Of a stretch of 64,000 bases of DNA, positions 1-9,640 are shown in pieces. Position numbers and translations under genes: made by a program. The stretch's first letter is position 1; each line of letters begins with the position of its first letter. The notes beneath the pieces were generated by a model. The model saw only the letters and a list, made by a program, of their open reading frames with translations, was not told the origin of the DNA and ran no database searches. Source of the stretch: Candidatus Latescibacterota bacterium (GTDB lineage: Bacteria > Latescibacterota > UBA2968 > UBA8231); NCBI GenBank assembly GCA_965208105.1, contig OZ242318.1:3040001-3104000 (forward strand). The letters are read 5' to 3'.

Positions 1-744
1 AGTGGCAATTGGCCTGACCAGCTCTGGAGAAAAACCAAACCGGTGCGCTATGTGGGAAACCATTTCCCAACGCGTCAAATACGCCGAGCCTCCCATGTGG
101 AAAAGGCCTCCGGCACCGCGCTCACATAGTTCCAACAGTGCCCGTGCCAGGTCTTCTACGAAGGTGGGATTGCCCCACTGGTCGCTTGCGATACTCAGGC
201 TTTCTCCCCGTCCCAGGGTTTCCAGGGGCCAGGTGACGAGATTGCGCCGCGTCCCGGGGATGTATCCATACAGCCACAAGGTCCGCAGGACCAGCCCCTT
301 GATCCCCGTTCCCAGTACGAGATTCTCACTCTCGAGCTTGAGAGCACCGTAATGGGAAAGTGGGTTGGTTGCATCTTTTTCACCATAGGGTCCGGCGCGG
401 CCATCGAACACGTAATCCGTGGACAACTGTACCAGGCCGGCCTCTACCTCGCCACAGGCTTCGACCAGGTGGGACACGGCCTCCAGATTGACCTGGCGGG
501 CGAGATTCCGCTGAGTCTCGCAAAGGTCGACATCCGTCATGGCGGCAGTGTGAATCACCCAATCGGGACGCACGCTGTCGAGCAGTTGAACGACGGCCGT
601 TCGATCGACGATCTCGATTTGTCGATAAGGATATTTCCCCGCCGGCTCGGAACGGCGTCCGCAGCCAATTATCTCGGTGCCCCCTCCCTGCCGCAACAAG
701 CTGCGCCCTAGCAGTCCGTGCGCGCCGGTGACCAGGATCCTCAT
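1..744 (-). CDS. rfbD: dTDP-4-dehydrorhamnose reductase (3' end outside window)
   Basis: Manual translation from ATG at 744: MRILVTGAHGLLG (Rossmann GxxGxxG), HTAAMTDVDLCE, STDYVFDG, YGALK (YxxxK), DQWGNPT; open to window edge; ATGA overlap with upstream stop. Not in ORF track. Confidence 0.9.
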   Translation of the reverse strand, partial: MRILVTGAHGLLGRSLLRQGGGTEIIGCGRRSEPAGKYPYRQIEIVDRTAVVQLLDSVRPDWVIHTAAMTDVDLCETQRNLARQVNLEAVSHLVEACGEVEAGLVQLSTDYVFDGRAGPYGEKDATNPLSHYGALKLESENLVLGTGIKGLVLRTLWLYGYIPGTRRNLVTWPLETLGRGESLSIASDQWGNPTFVEDLARALLELCERGAGGLFHMGGSAYLTRWEMVSHIAHRFGFSPELVRPIAT

Positions 745-2324
745 AGAGATTTTCGGCAAACCCCGCCGCATTGCAGCAGGACCCGGGCATATGAACTGGC
801 TGATAGTCCGGAGACTTCCAAAGGCCGGTTCCCACGCAGAAGAGCACCGGCCCGGGATTGGTCGTCGAGGCGGATATAGAGTTCGGCGGCCAGAACATTA
901 CCGGCCGTCAGCATATCGTTGTTATAGGGGGTGAGCTTGTGTCTGGCCAAACCCGACAACTCCGCGCTTTCAGGCCGATCAAAAAAGGCCTCGGTTTCGG
1001 GATCGAAGAGATGTTCCTCCATAAACCCAATGGTCTGCCGCGCCTTTTCCCGGAGCTCCTCCTCGCCGCTCAGCTCGTAGAGGTCAAGCAGGGCAAGGCT
1101 CACCAGAACCTGCCCCTCCAGAAGCCCCGCCGTTTCCCTATTTTCATCGGTGCATTGATAGTTGACAGCGCCTTCCGGGTCAATGCAGTGGTCCATGAGG
1201 TATTTCATTGCCCTGTCAGCCATGAGGGCAGCGCGCTCGTCCCCCAAGTCCCGAACCGCGGCCGCGAAAGCGCTGATCAGCAGGGCATTGCGATCCGCAT
1301 AAATGGCCGGATCTGTCCACCAATCTCCGCTCTCCATTCTCACCTTACGGCCCCTGAATGCGCCGTGCTCTGGGTCGAAGAATTGGCTTACAATCTGGGC
1401 AATGAGGTCGCGGGCCGCGCGTGCATATTCGGGGTTGTCGTACTGGGCTGCTCGAAGTAAAACCTGGACGAGACCGGCCTGATCGATGAGGTCTTTTTCC
1501 TGTACCGGCGTTTGCCAGTCCGGCGTGTGTGAATAGGCAAAGAAGCCTCCCTCAAGGGAATCGCGCATCGGGCTATCCAGAAGTGCGTCAAGGCTTTTCT
1601 GCACTATCCGCAGCGAGGTCGAATCCTGGCTTTCAATATAGTGCTCCAGCAAAAAACGCAAAAGTTCCACTTCGATAAACTTGGCTCCACGGCCAAAGCC
1701 GCCATGGAGAGAATCGAATGCCGCAACTACTGCCTCATGGGTCGCGCCAACCGAAACCTCGATTGCATCTCTTTGCAGGGGCGCCACCGGACCCTTTCCC
1801 TGGTTGCGCTCGATGATTCCCTTCTGCTTTCGGTATCCTTCGAGGATACGCAGCAGAAACAGCTCGACATTGCCTGGTGGTATGTCCACTGCCATGGAAA
1901 ACGCGCGGGCGTCGGGGGTCATGATCACTAGAGCTGGCCAGCCGCCGGAAGGGTAGCGCCGGGCTATATCAGGCCTCCAAAAGGGGTTCACGCGTATGGC
2001 GACGAATCGTTCTTCGACCAACGAGCGCACCGAAGGCAGGTTTCTGGAAAATATCCCATCACAGCCGGGAGCGGATAGATATAGCAGAACAGGAAGGTCG
2101 TCTCGCCGGGCCCGGGCAAAGGAATCCGCCGTCCAATGTCCCCATGCAATGGCCTGATCGGTGGACTCCCAGACTGAGCGCAAGTGTTGGGACCTTGCAT
2201 CCGGCACAGGTTCTGGTGGAGGCTCGGGAGCGCAGTTGAACAGGCCGAACAGGCCGAGCCACAAGACCTGTTTTGCATTGCTGATCAGGTGGGGACGGGG
2301 GTTGACAGTAGGAACATATCTCAT
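741..2324 (-). CDS. DUF255/YyaL-like thioredoxin-fold plus alpha/alpha-toroid protein, shortened, possible lipoprotein
   Basis: AFDSLHGGFGRGAKF, DSLEGGFFAYS, GGWPALVIMTPD motifs of YyaL/SSP411 family; hydrophobic N-terminus ending LFNC; exact start uncertain. Confidence 0.75.
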   Translation of the reverse strand: MRYVPTVNPRPHLISNAKQVLWLGLFGLFNCAPEPPPEPVPDARSQHLRSVWESTDQAIAWGHWTADSFARARRDDLPVLLYLSAPGCDGIFSRNLPSVRSLVEERFVAIRVNPFWRPDIARRYPSGGWPALVIMTPDARAFSMAVDIPPGNVELFLLRILEGYRKQKGIIERNQGKGPVAPLQRDAIEVSVGATHEAVVAAFDSLHGGFGRGAKFIEVELLRFLLEHYIESQDSTSLRIVQKSLDALLDSPMRDSLEGGFFAYSHTPDWQTPVQEKDLIDQAGLVQVLLRAAQYDNPEYARAARDLIAQIVSQFFDPEHGAFRGRKVRMESGDWWTDPAIYADRNALLISAFAAAVRDLGDERAALMADRAMKYLMDHCIDPEGAVNYQCTDENRETAGLLEGQVLVSLALLDLYELSGEEELREKARQTIGFMEEHLFDPETEAFFDRPESAELSGLARHKLTPYNNDMLTAGNVLAAELYIRLDDQSRAGALLRGNRPLEVSGLSASSYARVLLQCGGVCRKSL

Positions 2325-2331
2325 TTATATT
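2302..2331 (+). promoter_or_regulatory. sigma70-type promoter for aldo/keto reductase
   Basis: TTGACA (2302-2307), 18-nt spacer, TATATT (2326-2331); overlaps the 5' end of the divergent gene. Confidence 0.5.
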
Positions 2332-2478
2332 CAAAAGGTTTTACAAAAATTCCGGCGGAACATAAAAAGTATGTGGACCGCCGTCAAGCGTTTCTGCGGA
2401 CGCAGATTCCAACCCGGGAGGTGCCGCTTTCCAGCCTCTCGACTCGACGATTGGAATTTTTCACGGTGCCGAGATTGC

Positions 2479-3471
2479 ATGAATCCCTTGGATAAGAAAA
2501 TACTGGGCAGCTCAGGGCTGGAGGTAACTCGGCTGGGGTTGGGTTGTGCCCCACTTGGCGACCTCTATGGATCAATTTCCGACGAACAGGCCTGCGAGGT
2601 GATGGACCGCGCTTTCTCACTGGGCCTGAACTTGATCGATACGGCTCCACTGTATGGGTCGGGGAAGAGCGAGAGGCGGGTGGGCCTGGGGTTGGAAGGC
2701 AGGCCGAGGGACAGCTATATTCTGGCCACCAAGGTAGGTCGCGTGCTGGAGCCTTCACACGGCGGAGACCGCGGCCAGGAGATTTTCGAAAATCCTCCGC
2801 CATTCCTTCCCGTGTTCGACTTCAGCTACGATGGCGTGATGCGCTCGTTTGATGAAAGCCTGGCACGCCTCGGTGTCGACCGCATCGATATCCTCCACCT
2901 CCACGACCCGGACGACCACTTCGAGGAAGCTATAGGCAGCGCTTATCCCGCCCTGGATAAGCTGCGCAGCGAAGGCGTAATCAGCGGAGTCAGCGCCGGC
3001 ATGAATCAGTGGGAAATGTTGGCCCGCTTTGCCCGCTCAGGCGAATTCGACTGTTTCCTTTTGGCGGGCCGCTATAGTTTGCTGGACCAGAGTTCCCTCG
3101 ACGAACTGCTCCCCCTGTGCCTGGAAAAGAACATCGGCATAATGGCCGGTGGCACCTACAACAGCGGCATTCTTGCCAAGGGTGCCCGGGAGGGCGCGAA
3201 GTACAACTATGCGGATGCTCCGCCTGAAATTCTCGAAAAAGCCCGGGGCCTGGAAGCTGTGGCACAGCGCCGCCAGGTCTCGCTCAAGGCTGCTTCCTCG
3301 CAATTCGTTCTTGCCCACCCTGCCATTACCACCATCATCCCCGGCACTCGCCAGCCCGATCGGGTCATGGAGAACTTCCAACTGCTGCAGGAGGAGATCC
3401 CGACCGATTTTTGGGCTGAGCTCAAGGCCGAAAACCTGATCCGCAGGGAAGCTCCGGTACCAGGAGAGTGA
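2479..3471 (+). CDS. aldo/keto reductase (D-threo-aldose 1-dehydrogenase-like)
   Basis: LGLGCAPLG, DTAPLYGSGKSE, ATKVGR, FDFSYDGVMRS, LHLHDPD; ATG 2479 chosen over the upstream extension. Confidence 0.9.
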   Translation: MNPLDKKILGSSGLEVTRLGLGCAPLGDLYGSISDEQACEVMDRAFSLGLNLIDTAPLYGSGKSERRVGLGLEGRPRDSYILATKVGRVLEPSHGGDRGQEIFENPPPFLPVFDFSYDGVMRSFDESLARLGVDRIDILHLHDPDDHFEEAIGSAYPALDKLRSEGVISGVSAGMNQWEMLARFARSGEFDCFLLAGRYSLLDQSSLDELLPLCLEKNIGIMAGGTYNSGILAKGAREGAKYNYADAPPEILEKARGLEAVAQRRQVSLKAASSQFVLAHPAITTIIPGTRQPDRVMENFQLLQEEIPTDFWAELKAENLIRREAPVPGE

Positions 3472-3548
3472 GCCAACCGCTGGAGATGGTGAACCGTGGT
3501 TGCCTTCAGGCAGCTGCGTGAAGGTTTCCCGATTCGCGCAAATATTCC

Positions 3549-4418
3549 TCAATACCTGTCGGGCACTATCAGGAAATCCCTCTTGGCGGGTCTCCTGTAG
3601 GTTTCCTGGGGCTTCCGCGTAGACAATTTGAGCGGTTTCGGGATGGCGTCCTGGTAGGGTATCGAGTCCAGTATATGGGCGATACAGTTCAGTCGGGCCC
3701 GGCGCTTGTCGTCAGCTTCGACCGTGTGCCAACGCGCTTCTTCGATGTCGGTAAAGAAGAACATTTCGTCCTTGGCTCTGGAGTATTCCACCCACCGGTT
3801 CCTGCCTTCTATATCCATGGGACTGAGTTTCCAGCGCCTCATCGGATCCTGGGCCCGGGACTGAAACCGCTTTTCCTGTTCCTTGTCGCTGACCGAAAAC
3901 CAGTACTTGAGCAGGATGATTCCCGAACGCACCAGCATGCGTTCAAATTCAGGACATGAACGCAGGAACTCCCGGTACTCGTTATCGGAGCAAAATCCCA
4001 TGACCCTCTCCACCCCCGCCCGGTTGTACCAACTCCGATCGAAAATGACGATTTCACCTGCTGAGGGCAGGTGAGCCACATAGCGCTGGAAATACCACTG
4101 GGTCTTCTCGTGGTCAGAGGGCGTTCCAAGGGCTACGACCCTGCATCCCCGTGGATTCAGCGGCTCTGTGATCCGTTTGATCACGCCCCCCTTCCCTGCT
4201 GCGTCCCGCCCTTCAAAGAGCATCACAATGCGCAGCCCTTTGAATCTCACCCAGTACTGCAGCTTGACCAGTTCCAAATCGAACCTGGATAGCTCTTTTT
4301 CGTACTGTTTCAGCTTCATCTTCTTCTTGTGTATGGCCGCGACGTCCCCGGTCGGGGTGAAGTCCGGCTTCTCCATACTCTTGCTCGGCTTCTTGTCTTT
4401 GTTATCGTCCATTTTCAT
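3549..4418 (-). CDS. ppk2: polyphosphate kinase 2
   Basis: FEGRDAAGKGG Walker A, FDRSWYNRAGVERVMGFC, WKLSPMD, DDKRRARLNCI. Confidence 0.95.
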   Translation of the reverse strand: MKMDDNKDKKPSKSMEKPDFTPTGDVAAIHKKKMKLKQYEKELSRFDLELVKLQYWVRFKGLRIVMLFEGRDAAGKGGVIKRITEPLNPRGCRVVALGTPSDHEKTQWYFQRYVAHLPSAGEIVIFDRSWYNRAGVERVMGFCSDNEYREFLRSCPEFERMLVRSGIILLKYWFSVSDKEQEKRFQSRAQDPMRRWKLSPMDIEGRNRWVEYSRAKDEMFFFTDIEEARWHTVEADDKRRARLNCIAHILDSIPYQDAIPKPLKLSTRKPQETYRRPAKRDFLIVPDRY

Positions 4419-4421
4419 TAT

Positions 4422-5183
4422 CTACCCGATGTCGTTGAAAAAAGTTTCGGCATTGTCCCGGGGTTCGAAGCCCAACTTTTCCCGGGTCTGTTCCAGGTCG
4501 AAGACCAGGCGGTCGTTGTTGCTTACCGCATAGGCCAAAAGGTATCGAGTTTCCACTTCGAGGGCTCGGCGAAAGGCCTGAATGCCGTCCCTGTGGCTGA
4601 GATACATTGCCCGCATGTATTGCTCGGACCGCGTGTTCCGTTTCAACTCCGGGTTGTTCTCCCTGGTGATCCAGCCGATGCGCAGGCCGACGAATTCGAG
4701 GCCGTAACGCTCGCTGTAGAGCTTTCCCATGTGTTCGCCGAACAGCTTGGATATTGCGTAGAGCGAATCGGGGTTGGGGGGATCATCCAGTTTCATGCGG
4801 ATATTTTTTTTCGCGTCGAGAGTTTCGGGGGTGGTGAGGATTGTGTTGCCGTGCTGGGTATGGTTTGTGGTGGCAAAGATCAAGCGCTTGACTCCTGATC
4901 TCCGGCATTCCTCGAATACCTGGAAAGTGGCCTCGATATTATTCTCCCTTACGCTCTCCCAAGCTGCCGAAGGACTCGGATCGGCCGCCAGGTGGATTAC
5001 CGCATCCAGTCTTGCAAATGCCCCCTCTACTGCCGTGGGATCGGACAGGTCGACCTGGGTGGACTCGAATTCCGAGGGCCCGAGAGTGAAGGCCTTGATT
5101 CGGTATTCACCTTCCAGTCCCTGTCTCAGGATGCTGCCGATGGTGCCGTCGGCGCCGGTAATCCCCACATGCTTGAGAGCCAT
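4422..5183 (-). CDS. NAD(P)-dependent epimerase/dehydrogenase (uronate dehydrogenase-like extended SDR)
   Basis: ITGADGTIG, VIHLAADP, PDSLYAISKLFGE (YxxxK), LRIG, YLSHRD. Confidence 0.85.
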   Translation of the reverse strand: MALKHVGITGADGTIGSILRQGLEGEYRIKAFTLGPSEFESTQVDLSDPTAVEGAFARLDAVIHLAADPSPSAAWESVRENNIEATFQVFEECRRSGVKRLIFATTNHTQHGNTILTTPETLDAKKNIRMKLDDPPNPDSLYAISKLFGEHMGKLYSERYGLEFVGLRIGWITRENNPELKRNTRSEQYMRAMYLSHRDGIQAFRRALEVETRYLLAYAVSNNDRLVFDLEQTREKLGFEPRDNAETFFNDIG

Positions 5184-5281
5184 CTGAAATCCTTTCTGCA
5201 AGGCCGAATTTAGATATGCAAAATTAAATTTGACCGCGCAAGTTTCGGAGCGCCAGGAACCAGAGTCCAATGCCGGCTCGC

Positions 5282-5316
5282 TTGAAGACGGGTCGGCCTT
5301 GCAATATATTCAAGGC
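5282..5316 (+). promoter_or_regulatory. sigma70-type promoter with an inverted repeat flanking the -10
   Basis: TTGAAG (5282-5287)-N17-TATATT (5305-5310); GCCTTG (5296-5301)/CAAGGC (5311-5316) inverted repeat. Confidence 0.4.
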
Positions 5317-5378
5317 TTCTTGTGCGGGACTTCACGGCAAACAACAGAAAGCAAAGACAGATTGGAGAATGAAATTTC

Positions 5379-6575
5379 ATGGACTCCGGATCAATTGTAA
5401 TAGGTTTGATCGGTTCCCGCTTTGCAGCTTCATTCCACCTGGAGAACTATCGCCGGGTTCCAGGATTCGATCTTCGCATCAAAGGGGTAGCTTCCAGGAA
5501 TCGAGAGAGCGCGGCCGCCTTTGCAAAGAAGCACGGCCTCGAACACGTATACGGGTCGGCAGAAGAGCTTCTCGCGGATCCTGAAATCGACCTGGTCGAT
5601 TTGTGCGTTCCCAACTACCTGCATCACCCGCTGACTATCGAGGCGGCTGCGGCGGGGAAAGACATCATTTGCGAGAAGCCGCTGACGGGTTACTTCGGGA
5701 AGGGAGGCGAGGCCCTCGTGGGCAGGGAAACGCCGCGCCGAAGGATGTTCGAGGATGCGGTCAGGTCAGCCGACGAGATGGTGGAGGCGGTTGCGCGCCA
5801 TGGCATCACCTTCTGCTATGCGGAAAACTGGATTTATGCGCCGAGCGTGCAGAAGGCAAAGGAAGTCCTGGGTCAAAGCGACAACACCATCCTGCGCATT
5901 GTCGCCGAGGAATCGCACAGCGGCACGCATTCCGAGTATGCAAAGGAGTGGAGGCACTGCGGTGGAGGCAGTCTTTTCAACAAAGGCTGCCATCCTGTCG
6001 CCGGCGCCCTGTACCTGAAGTACGACGAAGGAAGGCGCAAGTACGGAAAACCCATCAAACCCAGGAGTGTGGTGGCGGAGGTGTCCAACCTGACAGAGAT
6101 GGAAAGCTTTGCCGGAGAGAAGGAAAAGTGGATTCAGACCGGGTGGAAGGATTGCGAAGACTGGGGAACGATGATCCTGACCTTCGAGGACGACTCGGTT
6201 GCCCAGCTTACCGCGGCGGACATCACCCTGGGTGGGATTCAGAACCTGATGACCATCTATTCCAGCAAGGCCGTGGTGCAGTGCAATATAAATCCGAACA
6301 CCGGCATGTTGACCTATGCGCCCGACGACCGCGTATTGGGCGATGCCTACATCCGTGAAAAGGTGGAGACCCGTGCCGGATGGCAGCTCACCAATCCGGA
6401 CGAGGATTGGATGAATGGCTTCCCCCACGAGCTTGGCGACTTCTGCAGCGCCATCTCCAACCAGCGCCAACCCGAGAGCACCGTGGAGCTGGCGCGTGAC
6501 ATTGTCGCGGTATGCTACGGAGCCTACGTCGCGGCCGAAACCGGCGAGCGTTTTGATTTGTCCGAGTGGATGTGA
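5379..6575 (+). CDS. Gfo/Idh/MocA family oxidoreductase
   Basis: GLIGSRFAA, DLCVPNYLH, ICEKPL, GGGSLFNKGCH. Confidence 0.9.
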   Translation: MDSGSIVIGLIGSRFAASFHLENYRRVPGFDLRIKGVASRNRESAAAFAKKHGLEHVYGSAEELLADPEIDLVDLCVPNYLHHPLTIEAAAAGKDIICEKPLTGYFGKGGEALVGRETPRRRMFEDAVRSADEMVEAVARHGITFCYAENWIYAPSVQKAKEVLGQSDNTILRIVAEESHSGTHSEYAKEWRHCGGGSLFNKGCHPVAGALYLKYDEGRRKYGKPIKPRSVVAEVSNLTEMESFAGEKEKWIQTGWKDCEDWGTMILTFEDDSVAQLTAADITLGGIQNLMTIYSSKAVVQCNINPNTGMLTYAPDDRVLGDAYIREKVETRAGWQLTNPDEDWMNGFPHELGDFCSAISNQRQPESTVELARDIVAVCYGAYVAAETGERFDLSEWM

Positions 6576-6587
6576 TGGTCCTCCTTT

Positions 6588-6800
6588 CTACCGGAGGCGC
6601 CTTCGCCGACCCCGCACGTATTTCCAGGCGCAGAAGGTGCTGAAGATCAGCAGTCCAAGGGCCAGCGCTGATTTCACCCACCACAGTTCCTTCGTATAGG
6701 CCAGGGATGCGAGTAACAAGGCCGCGACCACAAAGAGCAGGACCGCCGTATAGATCCACTCGAACTGCCGGGTTTTCCTGCTTTGCTCCAAAGCTTCCAC
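6588..6800 (-). CDS. small two-TM membrane protein (70 aa)
   Basis: GTG at 6800, 8 nt after the symporter stop; two hydrophobic helices and a basic C-terminal tail (RGRRRRLR). Confidence 0.6.
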   Translation of the reverse strand: MEALEQSRKTRQFEWIYTAVLLFVVAALLLASLAYTKELWWVKSALALGLLIFSTFCAWKYVRGRRRRLR

Positions 6801-6808
6801 TTTCTGCT

Positions 6809-8515
6809 TTACCAGAGAACGACGAAGAGCATGAAGCTCGCGATAGCGAGGTAGACAAGAGCCCAAAGCCCAGGACGTTTGAACCAAGGCAGCCCCCTTG
6901 CCGGCAGATCAAAGGGATACTGGGGCCGGACCGGCGCTTCGAGCAGGGTTTTCTGCAGCCAGGTTCCCTCCAGCGCTTTCAGGCGGTGTCCCATCAACTC
7001 GCGCAGGTCCGAAATTGCTTCACGCCGGGTGTAGACCAGTCCCCTCAATTCGTCATCCGCAACGCGCCGGTGCCGCAGGTCAATGATTTTCGATGCAACC
7101 AGCATGCTCGTAGCGGGGAGCACGATATTCCAGAGGTATGCCCACCATGTATTGGTGTACCACGTGGGCAGTGGCCACTCGCCGAGGTCGGCCAGGATGG
7201 CCGACACGCCGTAGACCAGCCCCACCAGTAGACCGACGATCCCGGTCGCCCGATGCACCCGGGTGAAGACTCCCATGAGAATTATTGTCATGAGCGGTAC
7301 GGCAATGGCTCCGGCGAGCCGCAGGTAGAGATTTACCATCCCCTGTTCGAGAAAAGGTACGTAGACGAACCCCAATCCGATGATGAAGGGAATCGAGATG
7401 CGGCCCACTCGGGTGTAGTGAGCGTCTGTGGCATTCTTGACGATGAATCGTGCGTAGATGTCGCGAACGAAGAGGGAGGAGATTCCAATGCCTATGGAAT
7501 CGAAGGTGGAATACCCCGCGGCCAACAGGCCGGCCACGACAAGGCCGACCAGGCCGGCGGGCAGGTAGCGTTCGATCAGCAGAGGATAGGCCTGGTCGAC
7601 GATCTCCAGATCGGGGAAGTCGGCATGAGCCATGGGTCCCAGGCTGACATTGAACCACATGCAGAGCGCCGAAACCACGCTTGCTACGAGCGCGGCCATC
7701 TTGAAATCCCACTCCGAGCGCGCGCCCAGAAAGCGGACGGCTTCATACTGGTTTATCACTGCGTAGGTTGTCAGCACCACTACGAAACCGAATATCACCA
7801 TCAGGGGCGAGACCCCTGGCGGCGAGTACCCGCCTACGCGCAGAAGGGTGTCCGGCAGGTCCGCGTCGATGGAACCCAGCCGCTGGTTCAAGCCTTCCCA
7901 GCCACCCATACTCGACCACACCACCCCCCACACCACCAGGGAGGCCACCACCATCACCGTACTTTGTATGGCGTCTGTGAAGACCCCGGCCTGCAGGCCT
8001 CCGCGGACGAGATAGACAACCGCGGTGGTGGCCACTCCCACCACGATGGCCCAGCTCCAACCGCTCCCAATGTCCGCCACCACATTGAGCACGAGGTACA
8101 TCGAAAAGAAAATATTGCCCAGTACATTGGTGCGCTGCTGGATATTGATCGCCACGGCCAGGAAGCGGGCGGAAGGTCCAAAGCGGAACTCCATCCACTC
8201 GGCGTTTGTGAAGACCCCTGACCGGTACATGGGGACTACGGCGAAGAAGCTCAGGACGATCCAGCCTACCGAAATTCCCAGCCACCATGGAGTGAGCTGC
8301 GAAAGCCCGAAGTTGTACGCCCCCCCAACGAGTGCGACGTAGTCACCGCTGTCTACGGCGGTGCCAAAGGCCGAAAGTCCAACGACCCACCACGGCATGG
8401 ACTTGGCCGCCATGTACCAGTCGAAACTCTCTCTCTTGCTTCTGAAGGAAACTATTCCGTAGAAAACGATGCCGCCGTTGATGACCAGGACCAGCAGCCA
8501 GTCCACCAGGGTCAT
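6809..8515 (-). CDS. sodium:solute symporter (SSS) family transporter
   Basis: MPWWVVGLS, EWMEFRFG, GGLQAGVFTDAIQS, GLVGLVVAGLLAAGYSTFDS; many TM helices. Confidence 0.92.
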   Translation of the reverse strand: MTLVDWLLVLVINGGIVFYGIVSFRSKRESFDWYMAAKSMPWWVVGLSAFGTAVDSGDYVALVGGAYNFGLSQLTPWWLGISVGWIVLSFFAVVPMYRSGVFTNAEWMEFRFGPSARFLAVAINIQQRTNVLGNIFFSMYLVLNVVADIGSGWSWAIVVGVATTAVVYLVRGGLQAGVFTDAIQSTVMVVASLVVWGVVWSSMGGWEGLNQRLGSIDADLPDTLLRVGGYSPPGVSPLMVIFGFVVVLTTYAVINQYEAVRFLGARSEWDFKMAALVASVVSALCMWFNVSLGPMAHADFPDLEIVDQAYPLLIERYLPAGLVGLVVAGLLAAGYSTFDSIGIGISSLFVRDIYARFIVKNATDAHYTRVGRISIPFIIGLGFVYVPFLEQGMVNLYLRLAGAIAVPLMTIILMGVFTRVHRATGIVGLLVGLVYGVSAILADLGEWPLPTWYTNTWWAYLWNIVLPATSMLVASKIIDLRHRRVADDELRGLVYTRREAISDLRELMGHRLKALEGTWLQKTLLEAPVRPQYPFDLPARGLPWFKRPGLWALVYLAIASFMLFVVLW

Positions 8516-8527
8516 GGAGAAACCCTC

Positions 8528-9613
8528 CTATTCCATAGGAGGCAGGTGATACCCGTCCCTTTCTACCTTGATCCTGTACAGGCTGTGCCCGGCGGTGATG
8601 TAGAGGATCTTGCTGCTCATTCCGCGGCCGAAGGCCACGTTGGTGGGCACTTCGGTGGGGATGCGAGCGAGCTCCTCTCCTTCGGGTGAATACACATTTA
8701 TGCCTGGCCGGGTCAGGTCGCGCACGGCGACGTAGAGGTTGCCGTCTGCATCGCACACCAGTCCGTCGGGGCCGTCTTCCGGGTAGTAGTCCACAAGCAC
8801 CTTGCGGAACTGGGCCGTCCCATCCGGGTGCAGGTCATAGGCCAAAAGCGCCATGCGACCTTTGTGAGCGGGAGCCTCCAGGGGTATGCGTCCGATGCCC
8901 ATGTGGCCGTTGTCATTGCTCACCACGTAGAGACTTTTCTGATCCGGAGAAACGGCCACGCCATTTGGTTTGCCCGCATCGGTGATTATGCGGTGGATTT
9001 TCCCGTCCGGGTCGATCCGATAGACCGCAAACGTGGCCTGGTCCACCGGTTCGTGGCCCAGATATCGAGGGTCGCTGAAGTAGACCCTCCCCATTTCATC
9101 GATCGAAATGTCATTTGGGGCATTGAATGGCCTCCCTTCGAAAAGACCGGCGATTATCTCGGCCTTACCCGTTTTCAGATCGGTGCGCGTGACGCGCCGC
9201 CCGCCGAAATCGGCCCCTTCGGCGGCGATCAGGCGGTTCCAGGCGTCGAACTTCAGCCCATTCGACATTCCGCTGGGAGAGCGGAACAAACTGGTATTGC
9301 CGGTTTCGGGATCGTACCTCCAGATGTGTCCGGCCTGCATGTTCGAATCGAGAGTGAAGGTGATATCACTGAAGTAGACCGAGTTGTCGGATGCCACGGC
9401 CGGGCCTTCGGTGAAGAAACCATCACTGAAAAGCAGCTCCAGCCGGGCTTCCGGGGAGATGATGGACGGGTCGCCGCTGGGGTGCTCCAGATCCTCGATT
9501 TTCTGTCCCAGGATGAGGCCGGGAGTGCAGGCGAGCACAAGGGCAATGGCCGGCATCCAACCTGATGAAAATGTCACGTGGCGCAAAAGGTTGGTGAGAT
9601 ACATGAAAATCAC
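8528..9613 (-). CDS. SMP-30/gluconolactonase family beta-propeller, exported
   Basis: FTEGPA, SNGL, FNAPND, YFSDP, PNGVAVSPD, GPDGL, PTNVAFG; signal-like N-terminus; start uncertain. Confidence 0.9.
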   Translation of the reverse strand: MIFMYLTNLLRHVTFSSGWMPAIALVLACTPGLILGQKIEDLEHPSGDPSIISPEARLELLFSDGFFTEGPAVASDNSVYFSDITFTLDSNMQAGHIWRYDPETGNTSLFRSPSGMSNGLKFDAWNRLIAAEGADFGGRRVTRTDLKTGKAEIIAGLFEGRPFNAPNDISIDEMGRVYFSDPRYLGHEPVDQATFAVYRIDPDGKIHRIITDAGKPNGVAVSPDQKSLYVVSNDNGHMGIGRIPLEAPAHKGRMALLAYDLHPDGTAQFRKVLVDYYPEDGPDGLVCDADGNLYVAVRDLTRPGINVYSPEGEELARIPTEVPTNVAFGRGMSSKILYITAGHSLYRIKVERDGYHLPPME

Positions 9614-9640
9614 TCCTTTCTTTTCATGCGGTTGTTCATG

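Noticed and set aside
2-934. Short ORFs listed at the window start
   Set aside because: Explained by minus-strand rfbD and the end of the YyaL-like gene
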